From: Leptolyngbyaceae cyanobacterium
GTDB lineage: Bacteria; Cyanobacteriota; Cyanobacteriia; Phormidesmidales; Phormidesmidaceae
Length of the DNA stretch: 64,000 bases
Direction of reading: 5' to 3'
Assembly (NCBI GenBank): GCA_965263355.1
Contig: CBDHHL010000032.1
Location: forward strand, 3,360,001-3,424,000
In this document: positions 52,403-61,918 of the stretch, piece after piece
Layout of the letters: each line of letters begins with the position of its first letter
How positions within the stretch are numbered: the stretch's first letter is position 1
Translations under genes and position numbers: made by a program
Notes under the pieces: model-generated
What the model was told of the DNA's origin: nothing
The model's database searches: none
Seen by the model: only the letters and a program-made list of their open reading frames with translations

Positions 52403-53344
52403 CTACTCTAGGCGAATGCCCGTGGCTGTACAGCAGGCTGACCAAAGGTTTAAGTCGGGATCGGGGACCTCTGCTCGAACCTGACTCATGATGGCCTTGG
52501 CAGTTGCTTGGGTAGCTGCCAGGGTAAAGACGGTGGGACCTGATCCGGACATCATGGTACCTAGGCCGCCATGCCTTGCCATGCAATCGCGAAGCAGCTG
52601 TACCTTTTTGTGGGCAGGTAAGACTACCCGTTCTAGATCGTTATAAAGATGGGCTCCGATGGCCTTGGCATCCTTCTGGGTGATCGCCGTGACCATGGGA
52701 CCCGCATGGACCCGCTGCTGTCGTTCTTGCAGGGTGGCGCTGTCGGCAATATTGGCATAGCGATCGCTAAAGTTAGCGCGATAGGTTTTATAGGCCCAGG
52801 GGGTGGAGACAGACAGACTTTCATACTTGGCCAGGACGATATGTAGATCGGTCAGACTAGGGATGGGATCCAACACGTCACCGCGCCCCGTGGCGATGGC
52901 AGTACCACCACGAATGCAGAAGGGAATATCTGAACCGAGTTGCGCCGATAACTCTTCTAGCTCAATTTGGGTGAGGCCCAGCTTCCAGAGCATATTCAGA
53001 CCAACCAGGGTGGCAGCGGCATTACCTGACCCTCCTGCTAAGCCTGCGCCCACTGGAATATTTTTTTCAATGGTGATTTCAACTCCGCGATGGGCGAGTT
53101 CTGGAAAAGTATCGATCAATAAATTGACAGCCTTGAGGGCCAAGTTGGAACTATCGGTGGGTACCTGAGGATGATTACACTGCAATCGTTGGGTGGGGAC
53201 AGGCAGGCTAGTTAGGGTGATGCGATCGCACAAATCTACACTCTGCATTACCATCGCCAGCTCATGGAAACCATCAGGTCGGTGCCCAATGATTTCTAGA
53301 TATAAATTGATCTTGGCTGCCGACAGCAACGTGTAACTTGTCAT
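52403..53344 (-). CDS. ispE: 4-diphosphocytidyl-2-C-methyl-D-erythritol kinase
   Basis: 'AKINLYL', 'IPVGAGLAGGSGNAA', 'MSGSGPTVF'. Confidence 0.96.
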   Translation of the reverse strand: MTSYTLLSAAKINLYLEIIGHRPDGFHELAMVMQSVDLCDRITLTSLPVPTQRLQCNHPQVPTDSSNLALKAVNLLIDTFPELAHRGVEITIEKNIPVGAGLAGGSGNAAATLVGLNMLWKLGLTQIELEELSAQLGSDIPFCIRGGTAIATGRGDVLDPIPSLTDLHIVLAKYESLSVSTPWAYKTYRANFSDRYANIADSATLQERQQRVHAGPMVTAITQKDAKAIGAHLYNDLERVVLPAHKKVQLLRDCMARHGGLGTMMSGSGPTVFTLAATQATAKAIMSQVRAEVPDPDLNLWSACCTATGIRLE

Positions 53345-53362
53345 AAATCCCTAGGCTCACTT

Positions 53363-54226
53363 TCAATTGGGATGTGGTGGCGCTTCATCAATATCGCATT
53401 CCTGTGCAGCATTTAATGATTCAATTTGATTACATAAGCTGACCCATGTCTCTACGCCCAGTTGTTCTGCCCGGACTTGAGGGTTAATGTCCATCGCTGC
53501 GAAAATGGTGGTCAACTGATCTCGATCAACGAGACTTTTGAGATTGTTGCGTAGCATCTTACGTTTTTGAGCAAACCCTTGCTTTACCAAAGTATCCAGT
53601 AGTTTAGGATTGCTAGCTTGTTGGGGAAAACGACGGGGCCGCAGCCGCACCACAGCGGATTCTACTTTGGGGGCCGGTTTAAATGCCTTGGCTGGGACCG
53701 GGCAAATCAGCTCGCAGTCTGCTAAATATTGCACTCGCACCGATAGGCCATTAAAAGCTTTGGTGCCGGGGTGAGCGTAAAGTCGATCAGCCACTTCTTT
53801 TTGTAGCAATAGCACAATTGATTCGTAGGGATGGGGATTGGGTTGACGAATTCGACCCAGTAGCTTTTCTAAAATTGGTCCCGTGATGTAGTAGGGAATA
53901 TTGGCGACTACCTTATTGGGCGATTGAAAATTAGGATGGTCAGCTAAGGCCGCAGTTAAATCTACATCTAAAAAGTCACCTTCAATTAAATAAAACCGTT
54001 CCGTTGCCTGAAACTGTTGCTGTAGCTGACGCACCAAATCACGATCCACTTCCACCGCGACGACAGACTGGGTAAAGGGAACCAACCCTTTGGTTAAGAC
54101 TCCCTGGCCTGGCCCAATTTCTAGGATGCGGTCTGTGCGACTTAGCTCTGCCGCCGCCAAAATCTGATTCAAAATTTGAGGGTCGCGCAGCCAGTGTTGG
54201 CCAAACCGTTTGCGGGGGCGAGGCAT
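53363..54226 (-). CDS. rsmA: 16S rRNA adenine dimethyltransferase RsmA/KsgA
   Basis: 'KRFGQHWL', 'EIGPGQG', 'VANIPYYIT', 'PAPKVES'; start set at ATG 54226. Confidence 0.96.
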   Translation of the reverse strand: MPRPRKRFGQHWLRDPQILNQILAAAELSRTDRILEIGPGQGVLTKGLVPFTQSVVAVEVDRDLVRQLQQQFQATERFYLIEGDFLDVDLTAALADHPNFQSPNKVVANIPYYITGPILEKLLGRIRQPNPHPYESIVLLLQKEVADRLYAHPGTKAFNGLSVRVQYLADCELICPVPAKAFKPAPKVESAVVRLRPRRFPQQASNPKLLDTLVKQGFAQKRKMLRNNLKSLVDRDQLTTIFAAMDINPQVRAEQLGVETWVSLCNQIESLNAAQECDIDEAPPHPN

Positions 54227-54308
54227 GGGCAGGGAGAAAGGAAAAAACAAGTGGAATGGTATTTTATAGCAGTTCGATAGGGCATGGACTGTAGGCGATT
54301 GGCAATCG

Positions 54309-54334
54309 GTAGGGGCATTGCATGCAATACCTTC
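54309..54334 (+). repeat. Degenerate GTAG REP-like palindrome
   Basis: gtaggggcattgcatgcaataccttc, a variant of the 60138 palindrome. Confidence 0.65.
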
Positions 54335-54375
54335 GGGCCTTAGGCCGTAAAGGAGTGTTTGGAAGACTACACTAG

Positions 54376-54738
54376 ATGGTAAGAATTTGGATAAAGGCCA
54401 TGGCTGAACCGCTCAAACAATCGGGCAGTAATGATGACATTAGGGGGAGTAATAAAAAGCCAACGACTCCCGTGAGCTGTTTTAGCGGAGCGTTTATGGC
54501 CGGTACTCTAGGCATTTTGTGCTACCGCATGATGGTGGCCATTGCCACTACCTTTGCGGCGAAACCGGTGGTTTCTGACAACACTGTTGTACTTAAGATT
54601 TCAGTAGCGGTGCGGACTCTGGTGGTGGGTATTGTTGCGCTAGGGGCAGGGGTTTTTGGCCTGACTGCCGTCGGTCTCTTTTTGTTAGGGATTCAGCTGA
54701 TTATTAAGAAACTGACTGGTCAAGATGCGACAGTATAA
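54376..54738 (+). CDS. DUF3082-like membrane protein
   Basis: 'ISVAVRTLVVG...GL.LLGIQL'; start uncertain. Confidence 0.75.
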   Translation: MVRIWIKAMAEPLKQSGSNDDIRGSNKKPTTPVSCFSGAFMAGTLGILCYRMMVAIATTFAAKPVVSDNTVVLKISVAVRTLVVGIVALGAGVFGLTAVGLFLLGIQLIIKKLTGQDATV

Positions 54739-54757
54739 GCCCTCTAAAGTCTTACCT

Positions 54758-55570
54758 CTAAAGTCTTAATGTGAGCTGTCGGCTCAGGGCAAATCTTAAC
54801 AATCTGCCTGGATGCGCTGAACCCCGCAGTACAGGTCCCCGCAAATATTTGTTGAGCAACAAACGCCCTACCCCTTTAACTCGTCCATAGGCGCGTTCTT
54901 TGATTACATTGCCATAGGCAGGCTGAAAGGCTAAGGGGCCATACAGAACATCGGCGCGGTGGGTGGTGCTGAGGTTGTTTTGTCTATGTTCAGGATTTGG
55001 CAGGCCACCATGTTCGCCATAATTGCGCCAGGGGACATAGTTGTGAAAGTTGCGATCGCGCAGATAATATTCAATACCTGAATCCCATGGGGTATAGCTT
55101 TCTGGGCCTGGATCTGCCTTCACGGCTTCGGCCAACTCGATCAGTTTCCAAGCACTGTGTTGGGTAACGACATAGGCCACCATAGCAGTCGAGTAGCCTT
55201 CGGCGTAGCCTTGATCTGTGATGTTGTAGATTTGTGCAGCACAGGTATAAAGCCACGTAATACCAAGATTTTGGTCCGCTGGGTCAAACGGTGGGGGCAA
55301 CGTGCCAAAGTTGATAACGGGCACAAAGTCGGCTTCGACAATCAGGGTAGGCTGGTCCGAGAGCAGCGCCTGTTCCCAGGCTTTACGATGATTGAGCAAA
55401 CACAGATAGCTGCGCGAGTAGTGTTTGTACTCAGAACGATGAATTTGGCGCAGCACTTTGACGTTACAGCCAGCTTGGCTGAGAAAGGTCGCCAGATGGT
55501 CTGTGTTTTCTTGATAGGCAAGGATAAATGTATGACCGATTGAACCGACTAAGGTTTGCGTCATGATCAC
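54758..55570 (-). CDS. Glycosyltransferase (GT25-like, LPS biosynthesis type)
   Basis: 'CLLNHRKAW', 'LIVEADF', 'AYVVT'. Confidence 0.7.
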   Translation of the reverse strand: MIMTQTLVGSIGHTFILAYQENTDHLATFLSQAGCNVKVLRQIHRSEYKHYSRSYLCLLNHRKAWEQALLSDQPTLIVEADFVPVINFGTLPPPFDPADQNLGITWLYTCAAQIYNITDQGYAEGYSTAMVAYVVTQHSAWKLIELAEAVKADPGPESYTPWDSGIEYYLRDRNFHNYVPWRNYGEHGGLPNPEHRQNNLSTTHRADVLYGPLAFQPAYGNVIKERAYGRVKGVGRLLLNKYLRGPVLRGSAHPGRLLRFALSRQLTLRL

Positions 55571-55621
55571 GCGTTAGCTATATGGGGTTGGAGGCTGAGT
55601 TGTTGAAACCCATAGAGGTGA

Positions 55622-56347
55622 TCAACGTTTAGGGGCAAGTTGCAGCAGAGCCTTGGCTGTGATTACAGCATATACAGCTCCCCCTACAGCGCCTAAAAGG
55701 GCTCCCCAGATCATCAAAAAATTGTCTGCACTGGTGATGGCAAACAACACCCAGCCCAGTAGGCTAGCGCTTACCCAGCCTAATATTCTGCCAAGGAAAT
55801 TGGCTATCCACCATTGACGTATATTTTCGGTCTGCCTGGGTAGGCTGACAATTTGGGCAATGCTAACCACCATCCCGAGAACGGCGCTATAAACAGTAAT
55901 CGTAAGGATCAAGGTAATCAGATTGCCAGGGTCAGGTAAATGTTTGCCCCATTGGATAACCATGATAATCATGCCAAAAACCAATAATCCGGCCCATGAC
56001 CCCAGGTAGCTGCCCAAAATATTGGCGAGCACCCATTGCCAGATCTTGAGTCGAGGCAACAGACGCTGGATGACGATTGCCTGTAGGGAGCCAACTATGG
56101 CACCAACAATTAACCCTGCAACGTACAAGGCTTCAAAATTTTGGGCGGTCAGGTTAGCAATAAAGCTGAGGGGAGTCGCGATCGCAAATCCAAATATATT
56201 TGCACCATACCACTGCCACAACCATCTTGCTCTCAGAGCTTGAATAGTCCCCTGTTGGCTGGAACTATAGGTCTGGCCTTCCTCAGGTCCGGCTAGGTTT
56301 AATCGGTCAGAGTCGTCAGTCGCCATAGACTGCACAGGCAAAACCAC
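55622..56347 (-). CDS. Hypothetical multi-pass membrane protein
   Basis: Repeated 'WxxANxxG...GxxQ' TM units. Confidence 0.7.
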   Translation of the reverse strand: MVLPVQSMATDDSDRLNLAGPEEGQTYSSSQQGTIQALRARWLWQWYGANIFGFAIATPLSFIANLTAQNFEALYVAGLIVGAIVGSLQAIVIQRLLPRLKIWQWVLANILGSYLGSWAGLLVFGMIIMVIQWGKHLPDPGNLITLILTITVYSAVLGMVVSIAQIVSLPRQTENIRQWWIANFLGRILGWVSASLLGWVLFAITSADNFLMIWGALLGAVGGAVYAVITAKALLQLAPKR

Positions 56348-56416
56348 TGTTAGATATACACATAACAGGGATAACTTTCCTTACGGGTTGCAAGCAACTG
56401 AACTAGATATCCATAA

Positions 56417-57397
56417 CTACGGCAGCTCTACAGAGGTAGGCTTAGCAATATGGGGTAGACCCCAGCCTAATTTTTCACGTAATACCTTGAAGAATTCTGG
56501 ATCCTTGAGGCGAATAAATTTGGCTGGAAATTTGGCTTCCTGCAAACAAACCTGATCGCCAGGAGCAACATAGCAACCCGCATTCCCATCAACTACCATC
56601 ACCAGAGGGTCTGGATTGGCTGAAGATACGGTAACTATTTCAGCGCTAGGAAACACTAAACCTCTTGCAGCCAACGAATGGGGACAAATCGGAATTAGCT
56701 GTAAAACAGATACCCCTGGTGTAATCACAGGCCCCCCTGCCGATAATGAATAGGCGGTAGACCCTGTGGGTGTGGAAATAATAATACCGTCGGCAGCAAT
56801 GTCCACAGCGGCATGGCGGCCAATGGTTACCTCAAAATGGCACATGCTGGTAAGGGGCTGACGGTTCAGCACTACCTCATTCAGACATAGGGCTTCCCAG
56901 ATCGGTTTGTGATTGCGCACTAACTGCACCGCAACCATGGTGCGGTCTTCAATTTGATAATTACCGGCTAGCACCTGCTCTAGGACGTGGGGCAGCTGAT
57001 TCAGGTAAGTCTCAGTTAAAAAACCCATGTGCCCCGTGTTAATAGCCAATAGGGGAATCCCTGCTGGTGCCACTTGGCGAAATGCAGACAGCACAGTACC
57101 ATCCCCGCCCAACACAATGGCAAACTCCATAGAGTTATCAAAGTCTTGAGGTACCAAGGATTCAATGGGGACTAATTTTGTTGGTTGTTCTGCATTCGCA
57201 TAGCCCAGGAGCCCACCTACCCCTGTTGCTGTAGCCACTTGACAACCATAAGCTTCAAGTTTAACTGTTAGTTCCTGAGTAACTTGACAGGCAACAGGCT
57301 TGACATCGTTATATATGATGCCGACCTTTTTACCAATCTTTGCAGGAGGGCTTTGTTGAGAGGGAACGTTCTTAGAAACCGAGGGCACGTTCAGCAT
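56417..57397 (-). CDS. nadK: NAD(+) kinase
   Basis: 'GGDGT', 'GHMGFL', 'LNE', '[14 protein letters not shown]'. Confidence 0.95.
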   Translation of the reverse strand: MLNVPSVSKNVPSQQSPPAKIGKKVGIIYNDVKPVACQVTQELTVKLEAYGCQVATATGVGGLLGYANAEQPTKLVPIESLVPQDFDNSMEFAIVLGGDGTVLSAFRQVAPAGIPLLAINTGHMGFLTETYLNQLPHVLEQVLAGNYQIEDRTMVAVQLVRNHKPIWEALCLNEVVLNRQPLTSMCHFEVTIGRHAAVDIAADGIIISTPTGSTAYSLSAGGPVITPGVSVLQLIPICPHSLAARGLVFPSAEIVTVSSANPDPLVMVVDGNAGCYVAPGDQVCLQEAKFPAKFIRLKDPEFFKVLREKLGWGLPHIAKPTSVELP

Positions 57398-57511
57398 CCG
57401 ACCTAATTAATATCCTTAGGCTACCGTTTTTAGCTCTTTCTTGAACAGTTGGTTGCTCTAAGCGAAATAATTTAATTTTTCTGTGTCAGAGGGTAGCTCT
57501 CAAGTAAAGAG

Positions 57512-57817
57512 GTGGCTATCTTAACTCTAATGCCCTCTTTTGCAAATTGGCCTGTGACTGCTCAAAGCTTACCCGAAACTACCGCCCATGTACGCATTAC
57601 CTACCAATCCTGGCAACAAGGCAAACTGGAAGGTGAAGTTAGTGCCAATGAATTTGCCTGGCAGTTTCAATGGAAATTTCGCGGCGGACATTTGAGAGTT
57701 GAGCCATCGCTGGGGCGGGCGTTAATTCAAGAACCCCTAGGCCGTTTTCTAGAACGGTTTGATTACCAGCTGGAACCTGGTGGGGATTATTCGTTTACCA
57801 TTCGGGCCGAATTGTAG
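57512..57817 (+). CDS. DUF3146-family protein
   Basis: 'LPETTAHVRI', 'PSLGRALIQEPL.RFL', 'DYQLEPGGDY'. Confidence 0.8.
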   Translation: MAILTLMPSFANWPVTAQSLPETTAHVRITYQSWQQGKLEGEVSANEFAWQFQWKFRGGHLRVEPSLGRALIQEPLGRFLERFDYQLEPGGDYSFTIRAEL

Positions 57818-57857
57818 GGTGGGTAATCTTGTCGGTAAAGTAGTTTAAGGTTTTATA

Positions 57858-57930
57858 TAAGCCTTATCCACGTCCAGACCTGTAGTTTTGCCGTAGAGTA
57901 AACCCCAAGTTTCAACTTGGACGTGGGATT
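57858..57930 (+). repeat. ~73-bp dispersed palindromic element, copy 5
   Basis: taagccttatccacgtccagacctgtagttttgccgtagagtaaaccccaagtttcaacttggacgtgggatt. Confidence 0.9.
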
Positions 57931-57954
57931 GATGCCTTTAACTACTGCTCTATT

Positions 57955-58350
57955 ATGGCAACGCTATCTTCAGCTACATCTGTTGCGACGACGGTACGTC
58001 CTGACTATCGCCTATCCCTTTCTATCCTCTTCATTGGCTTATGTGTCGCCTCTGTGCAGGGTTGGGTGGGGCTGGTTCTTGCCCTGTTGGGACTGTTTTT
58101 GGTGGTACAAACGACGGTTATTCGGCTGACGTTTACAGATACGGAATTGCAGGTATGTCGAGGGAAAACTATCTTGCGACAATTTCCGTATGCCGAGTGG
58201 CAAGCATGGACAATTTTTTGGTCACCAGTACCAATTTTGTTCTACTTTCGCGAAATGAAGAGTATCCACTTTTTACCGATGCTGTTTAACCCAGGGGAGT
58301 TGGTGACTCAGCTCAAACAGCACTGTGAAACTGTAAAGATAATTTCTTAG
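57955..58350 (+). CDS. DUF3119-family membrane protein
   Basis: 'FPYAEW...PILFYFREMKSIHFLPMLF'. Confidence 0.82.
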   Translation: MATLSSATSVATTVRPDYRLSLSILFIGLCVASVQGWVGLVLALLGLFLVVQTTVIRLTFTDTELQVCRGKTILRQFPYAEWQAWTIFWSPVPILFYFREMKSIHFLPMLFNPGELVTQLKQHCETVKIIS

Positions 58351-58409
58351 CCCAAACACGATTCTCACGGTTCTAATTAGCGACTTAAAGAACAGAGCAG
58401 GTCAAAACT

Positions 58410-59363
58410 ATGCCATCTGACAAGCAACCCAAAGATGTGCCGTTGCCGCCGCTGCGGTCGAGCCGTAATGTGGATCCTGAAGTGGCTCGACTGGTGCAGG
58501 CTGGTCTACGGGATTTAGAAACTCGTCGTCAGGCATTACTGCAAGAGATTGAACAGTTAGAACAACGTCGCGATCGCATCAAGGCAGAAATGCGGACGAC
58601 CTTTGCTGGGGCATCTCAGGATTTGGCGGTGCGTCTACAGGGCTTCAAAGATTACTTGGTGGGAAGCTTACAAGATCTGGCTACATCTGCTGAACAGCTA
58701 GACTTAGCCCCCCGTGTAGTTGAATCACCCAGGGCAACAAGGCAGTCTGCGCCCCAACCTGTAGCGCCCGAACAGTCTGGCAATATGACAGGGGATAGGA
58801 CCACTACGGCGTTCTCGATTCAACGCTTTGAAGAACAGCGAGAGCGGGTCCGCAGTCTAATTGACCAATACCGTACCCGACCTGATTATTATGGCCCCCC
58901 CTGGCAGCTACGCCGTACCTTTGAAACAGTTCATGCTGACCGTGTTGCCAATTGGTTTTTCACCCAGGGAGGCCGGGGTGCCGTTAAAAGTTTAGGCAGT
59001 CGTTTGCAAAATGTCTTGGTAGCATCGGCAGCCATATCAGTTCTTTATGCCATCTACGGCGACCGTCTATGTACCATGGTATTAGCTAACACCCCTGAGC
59101 GTTTAGGCGAATGGCGACGGTGGTTACAGGACTGTCTAGGGGTATCACGAGCTGATTTTGGCTCAAATCGAGGCATTATGCTGTTTGAGGTGCCAGAATC
59201 TATGGTGCAGCGGGCTGAACGATTGATGGACAATGGTTATTTACCAATGTTGATTATTGACGAATCTGAGGACAAACTACCGTTAGCAGCGTTGCGATTT
59301 CCCCTGTGGTTGGTGTTTGCACCGGATCCGGCCAATCCAGCACAGGATGATTATTACTATTAA
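58410..59363 (+). CDS. DUF3086-family protein
   Basis: 'RLQGFKDYLVGSLQDL', 'PDYYGPPWQLRR', 'ERLGEWRR'. Confidence 0.82.
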   Translation: MPSDKQPKDVPLPPLRSSRNVDPEVARLVQAGLRDLETRRQALLQEIEQLEQRRDRIKAEMRTTFAGASQDLAVRLQGFKDYLVGSLQDLATSAEQLDLAPRVVESPRATRQSAPQPVAPEQSGNMTGDRTTTAFSIQRFEEQRERVRSLIDQYRTRPDYYGPPWQLRRTFETVHADRVANWFFTQGGRGAVKSLGSRLQNVLVASAAISVLYAIYGDRLCTMVLANTPERLGEWRRWLQDCLGVSRADFGSNRGIMLFEVPESMVQRAERLMDNGYLPMLIIDESEDKLPLAALRFPLWLVFAPDPANPAQDDYYY

Positions 59364-59407
59364 GGGCAACCACAATTTAAGGGCAACCACAAGGGTGTGC
59401 CCCCACG
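59361..59407 (-). repeat. REP-like hairpin with partial tandem duplication
   Basis: taagggcaaccacaa at 59361-59375 and 59378-59392, followed by gggtgtgcccccacg. Confidence 0.7.
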
Positions 59408-59499
59408 AGGGGTCATCATGAGGGGAGACCAGGCTTTTCCAAAGGAGCATAACCCCCTAAACTAAAATCGGGTTTGATTGTTAAGGACTTGTAGAACTC

Positions 59500-60123
59500 A
59501 TGGTTTGGTGGATTGCAGCCGGGTTACTGGTGCTGGCCTATTTACTGGGATCGTTGCCAACGGGGTATGCGATCGCAAAGCTAGTCCAAGGGATTGACAT
59601 TCGTGAGCATGGTTCAGGAAATACAGGTGCTACCAATGTGTTTCGGGTCGTGGGTAAACAAGCAGGCATTACCGTACTTGTAATTGATTTACTTAAAGGA
59701 TTGGCGGCAGTATTGCTGGCTCGATTTGTCATTGCTCAGTTTGATGGCAGCCTGGTTATAGCGACGTGGGTGCAAACATTAGCAGGGTTGTTGGCTATTT
59801 TGGGTCACAGTCGCTCCGTGTGGTTGAACTTTACCGGCGGCAAATCAGCAGCCACTGGACTGGGAGTGATTTTAGCTTTAGCTTGGCCAGTAGGTTTAGG
59901 GACTGCTGTTGTGTTTAGTCTAGTGTTTGGTTTATCGCGAACAGTATCCCTAGGCTCAATAAGTGCTGCAACCGCTGCTCCAGCACTTATGTTTTTGACT
60001 GGACAGCCATTACCTTTTGTTTTGTTAGTTCTTTTAGGTGGAATTTACGTCGTTATTCGACACCGTAGCAATATCTCTAGACTATTGGCAGGTACAGAAC
60101 CGAAGCTAGGCAACAACGCATAG
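59500..60123 (+). CDS. plsY: Glycerol-3-phosphate acyltransferase PlsY
   Basis: 'YLLGS', 'GSGNTGATN', 'GGKSAAT', 'RHRSNISRL...EPK'. Confidence 0.95.
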   Translation: MVWWIAAGLLVLAYLLGSLPTGYAIAKLVQGIDIREHGSGNTGATNVFRVVGKQAGITVLVIDLLKGLAAVLLARFVIAQFDGSLVIATWVQTLAGLLAILGHSRSVWLNFTGGKSAATGLGVILALAWPVGLGTAVVFSLVFGLSRTVSLGSISAATAAPALMFLTGQPLPFVLLVLLGGIYVVIRHRSNISRLLAGTEPKLGNNA

Positions 60124-60137
60124 GGTTTAGCCAATCA

Positions 60138-60179
60138 ATAAGATGTAGGGGCGTTGCATGCAACGCCCCTACATCTTAT
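60138..60179. repeat. Perfect 42-bp palindrome (GTAG REP-like) between convergent plsY and proC
   Basis: ataagatgtaggggcgttgca|tgcaacgcccctacatcttat, all 21 pairs complementary. Confidence 0.9.
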
Positions 60180-61006
60180 AGGTTACCCAATTCTCTTGAA
60201 CGATTACTGGCAACTCTAACCGCCTCAATGATTGCCGACCGCAGACCCAATTCTTCTAAACAGGCAATCCCTGAAATAGTCGTACCACCGGGGCTAGTAA
60301 CCCGATCCTTCAACACAGCTGGGTGCATACCTGTCTTTTGCAATAGTTGAGCAGTACCCAGTACAGTTTGTAATGCTAACTTATTGGCGGTTGCTCGTGA
60401 TAATCCAGCAGCAACGCCTCCATCTGCCAAAGACTCAATCACAATGGCAACATAGGCAGGGCCAGAGCCCGATAAGCCGGTCACCCCATCTAGCAAGGGT
60501 TCAGCGACCTGTACAACCTCACCAACGGTACTAAAGATTTGTTGCGCCAAGTCTACATGCTCAGCAATGGCTCGACTACCGATAGCAATAGCTGTCATAC
60601 CGCAACCGACCGTTGCCGGAGTATTGGGCATAGCTCGAATGACTGGCCAACCAGGAACAGCTTGCTCAATTTTTGCAAGAGATACACCCGCCAAAATCGA
60701 AACTACAAGGGGGGGATCAGCAACAACAACCCCTGAAAAATCTCTGGCAACACCGTCAAAAACCTGTGGCTTAATAGCTAGAACAATGACGTCGCCTTGA
60801 TCAATGACCTCACGGTTACTATGGGTGGTGCGGATACCGTATTGCTCTGTAAGCAACTGTCGCCGCTCGTAGGATAAATCGGAAACCAAGATAGAATCCG
60901 ATGTATACATCCGTTGAGAGAGCAGGCAGGATAATAGGGCTTCTCCCATTACACCACCACCAATAATGCCGAGTTTACCAGGCAAAGATCCAAGGCCTCC
61001 GAACAC
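60176..61006 (-). CDS. proC: Pyrroline-5-carboxylate reductase
   Basis: 'GIIGGGVMG', 'RAMPNTPA', 'GLSGSGPAY', 'VTSPGGTT'. Confidence 0.96.
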   Translation of the reverse strand: MFGGLGSLPGKLGIIGGGVMGEALLSCLLSQRMYTSDSILVSDLSYERRQLLTEQYGIRTTHSNREVIDQGDVIVLAIKPQVFDGVARDFSGVVVADPPLVVSILAGVSLAKIEQAVPGWPVIRAMPNTPATVGCGMTAIAIGSRAIAEHVDLAQQIFSTVGEVVQVAEPLLDGVTGLSGSGPAYVAIVIESLADGGVAAGLSRATANKLALQTVLGTAQLLQKTGMHPAVLKDRVTSPGGTTISGIACLEELGLRSAIIEAVRVASNRSRELGNL

Positions 61007-61147
61007 GTCGATAGCACTCTAAGAATACCTTGAAATGGACTGATAACCTTGAGAACCCATCTTGGGTGTGCCAAAAGTAACTAGGGCAATGTCTTACAGG
61101 TTAAGGGATTCTTGGCATCACCCTAAGTTGCAATTGGGATTGCCTGG

Positions 61148-61804
61148 CTAGGCCATGCGAGCTACTTGTTCAGTGGCCCAAGCGGGAGTGGGTGCCGCCG
61201 CCGCCGTCATTGTAGGCTCCTCATCCATAGATAAGTGGTCTTCGCTATCTACGGGCATGCTGACCTGTACACAGTTGGGAGTAAACAGGAAAATACTCTC
61301 ACCGATACGCTCTTGGTGACCATCCATAGCGTATGTACCACCTGCAACAAAATCAACCGCACGTTGAGCCTGATCGGGATCCATGATAGTCAGATTCAAA
61401 ACGACTGACTTACGCTCACGTAACGCTTGGATGGCCTGGGGCATTTCCTCAAAGGAGCGGGGCTCCATCACGATGACTTCAGATACTCCGTTCATTGCAC
61501 CGGGCATACCAATCACATTACTTACACTACTCATTGAATTATTCATGGAAACCATACCAGAATCAGTTGACATTACACGGTCACGGATGCGGCGACGGGG
61601 AGCACGAGTCTCAACATGCTCCGCTGTCGTTCCCCCTGTAACAGGTTGAACAGGTTGAGGCTGGGGTTGAGGCTGCGGAGGGTGATTCTCTTGCTCATAG
61701 AGGTTCTGATACTCCTCACCATCCATTTCGTCATATTCATACTCATAGTCAGCCGGATCATTAAGGCCAACAAAGTCACGTAATTTAGTAAAAATGGTGC
61801 TCAC
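61148..61804 (-). CDS. sepF: Cell division protein SepF
   Basis: '[10 protein letters not shown]' amphipathic N-terminus, 'EPRSFEE', '[12 protein letters not shown]', 'FLFTP'; start reset to GTG 61804. Confidence 0.93.
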   Translation of the reverse strand: MSTIFTKLRDFVGLNDPADYEYEYDEMDGEEYQNLYEQENHPPQPQPQPQPVQPVTGGTTAEHVETRAPRRRIRDRVMSTDSGMVSMNNSMSSVSNVIGMPGAMNGVSEVIVMEPRSFEEMPQAIQALRERKSVVLNLTIMDPDQAQRAVDFVAGGTYAMDGHQERIGESIFLFTPNCVQVSMPVDSEDHLSMDEEPTMTAAAAPTPAWATEQVARMA

Positions 61805-61918
61805 GGTTGAAACTCCGTCATGGCTAGTACTAACTTGGCTAGGAAATCTGTCAAAACCTGCCTTAAAAGGGATTGAGAGATTGTTTGAGACTAAAGTAGA
61901 CCGTTGATGGTTTTGAAA

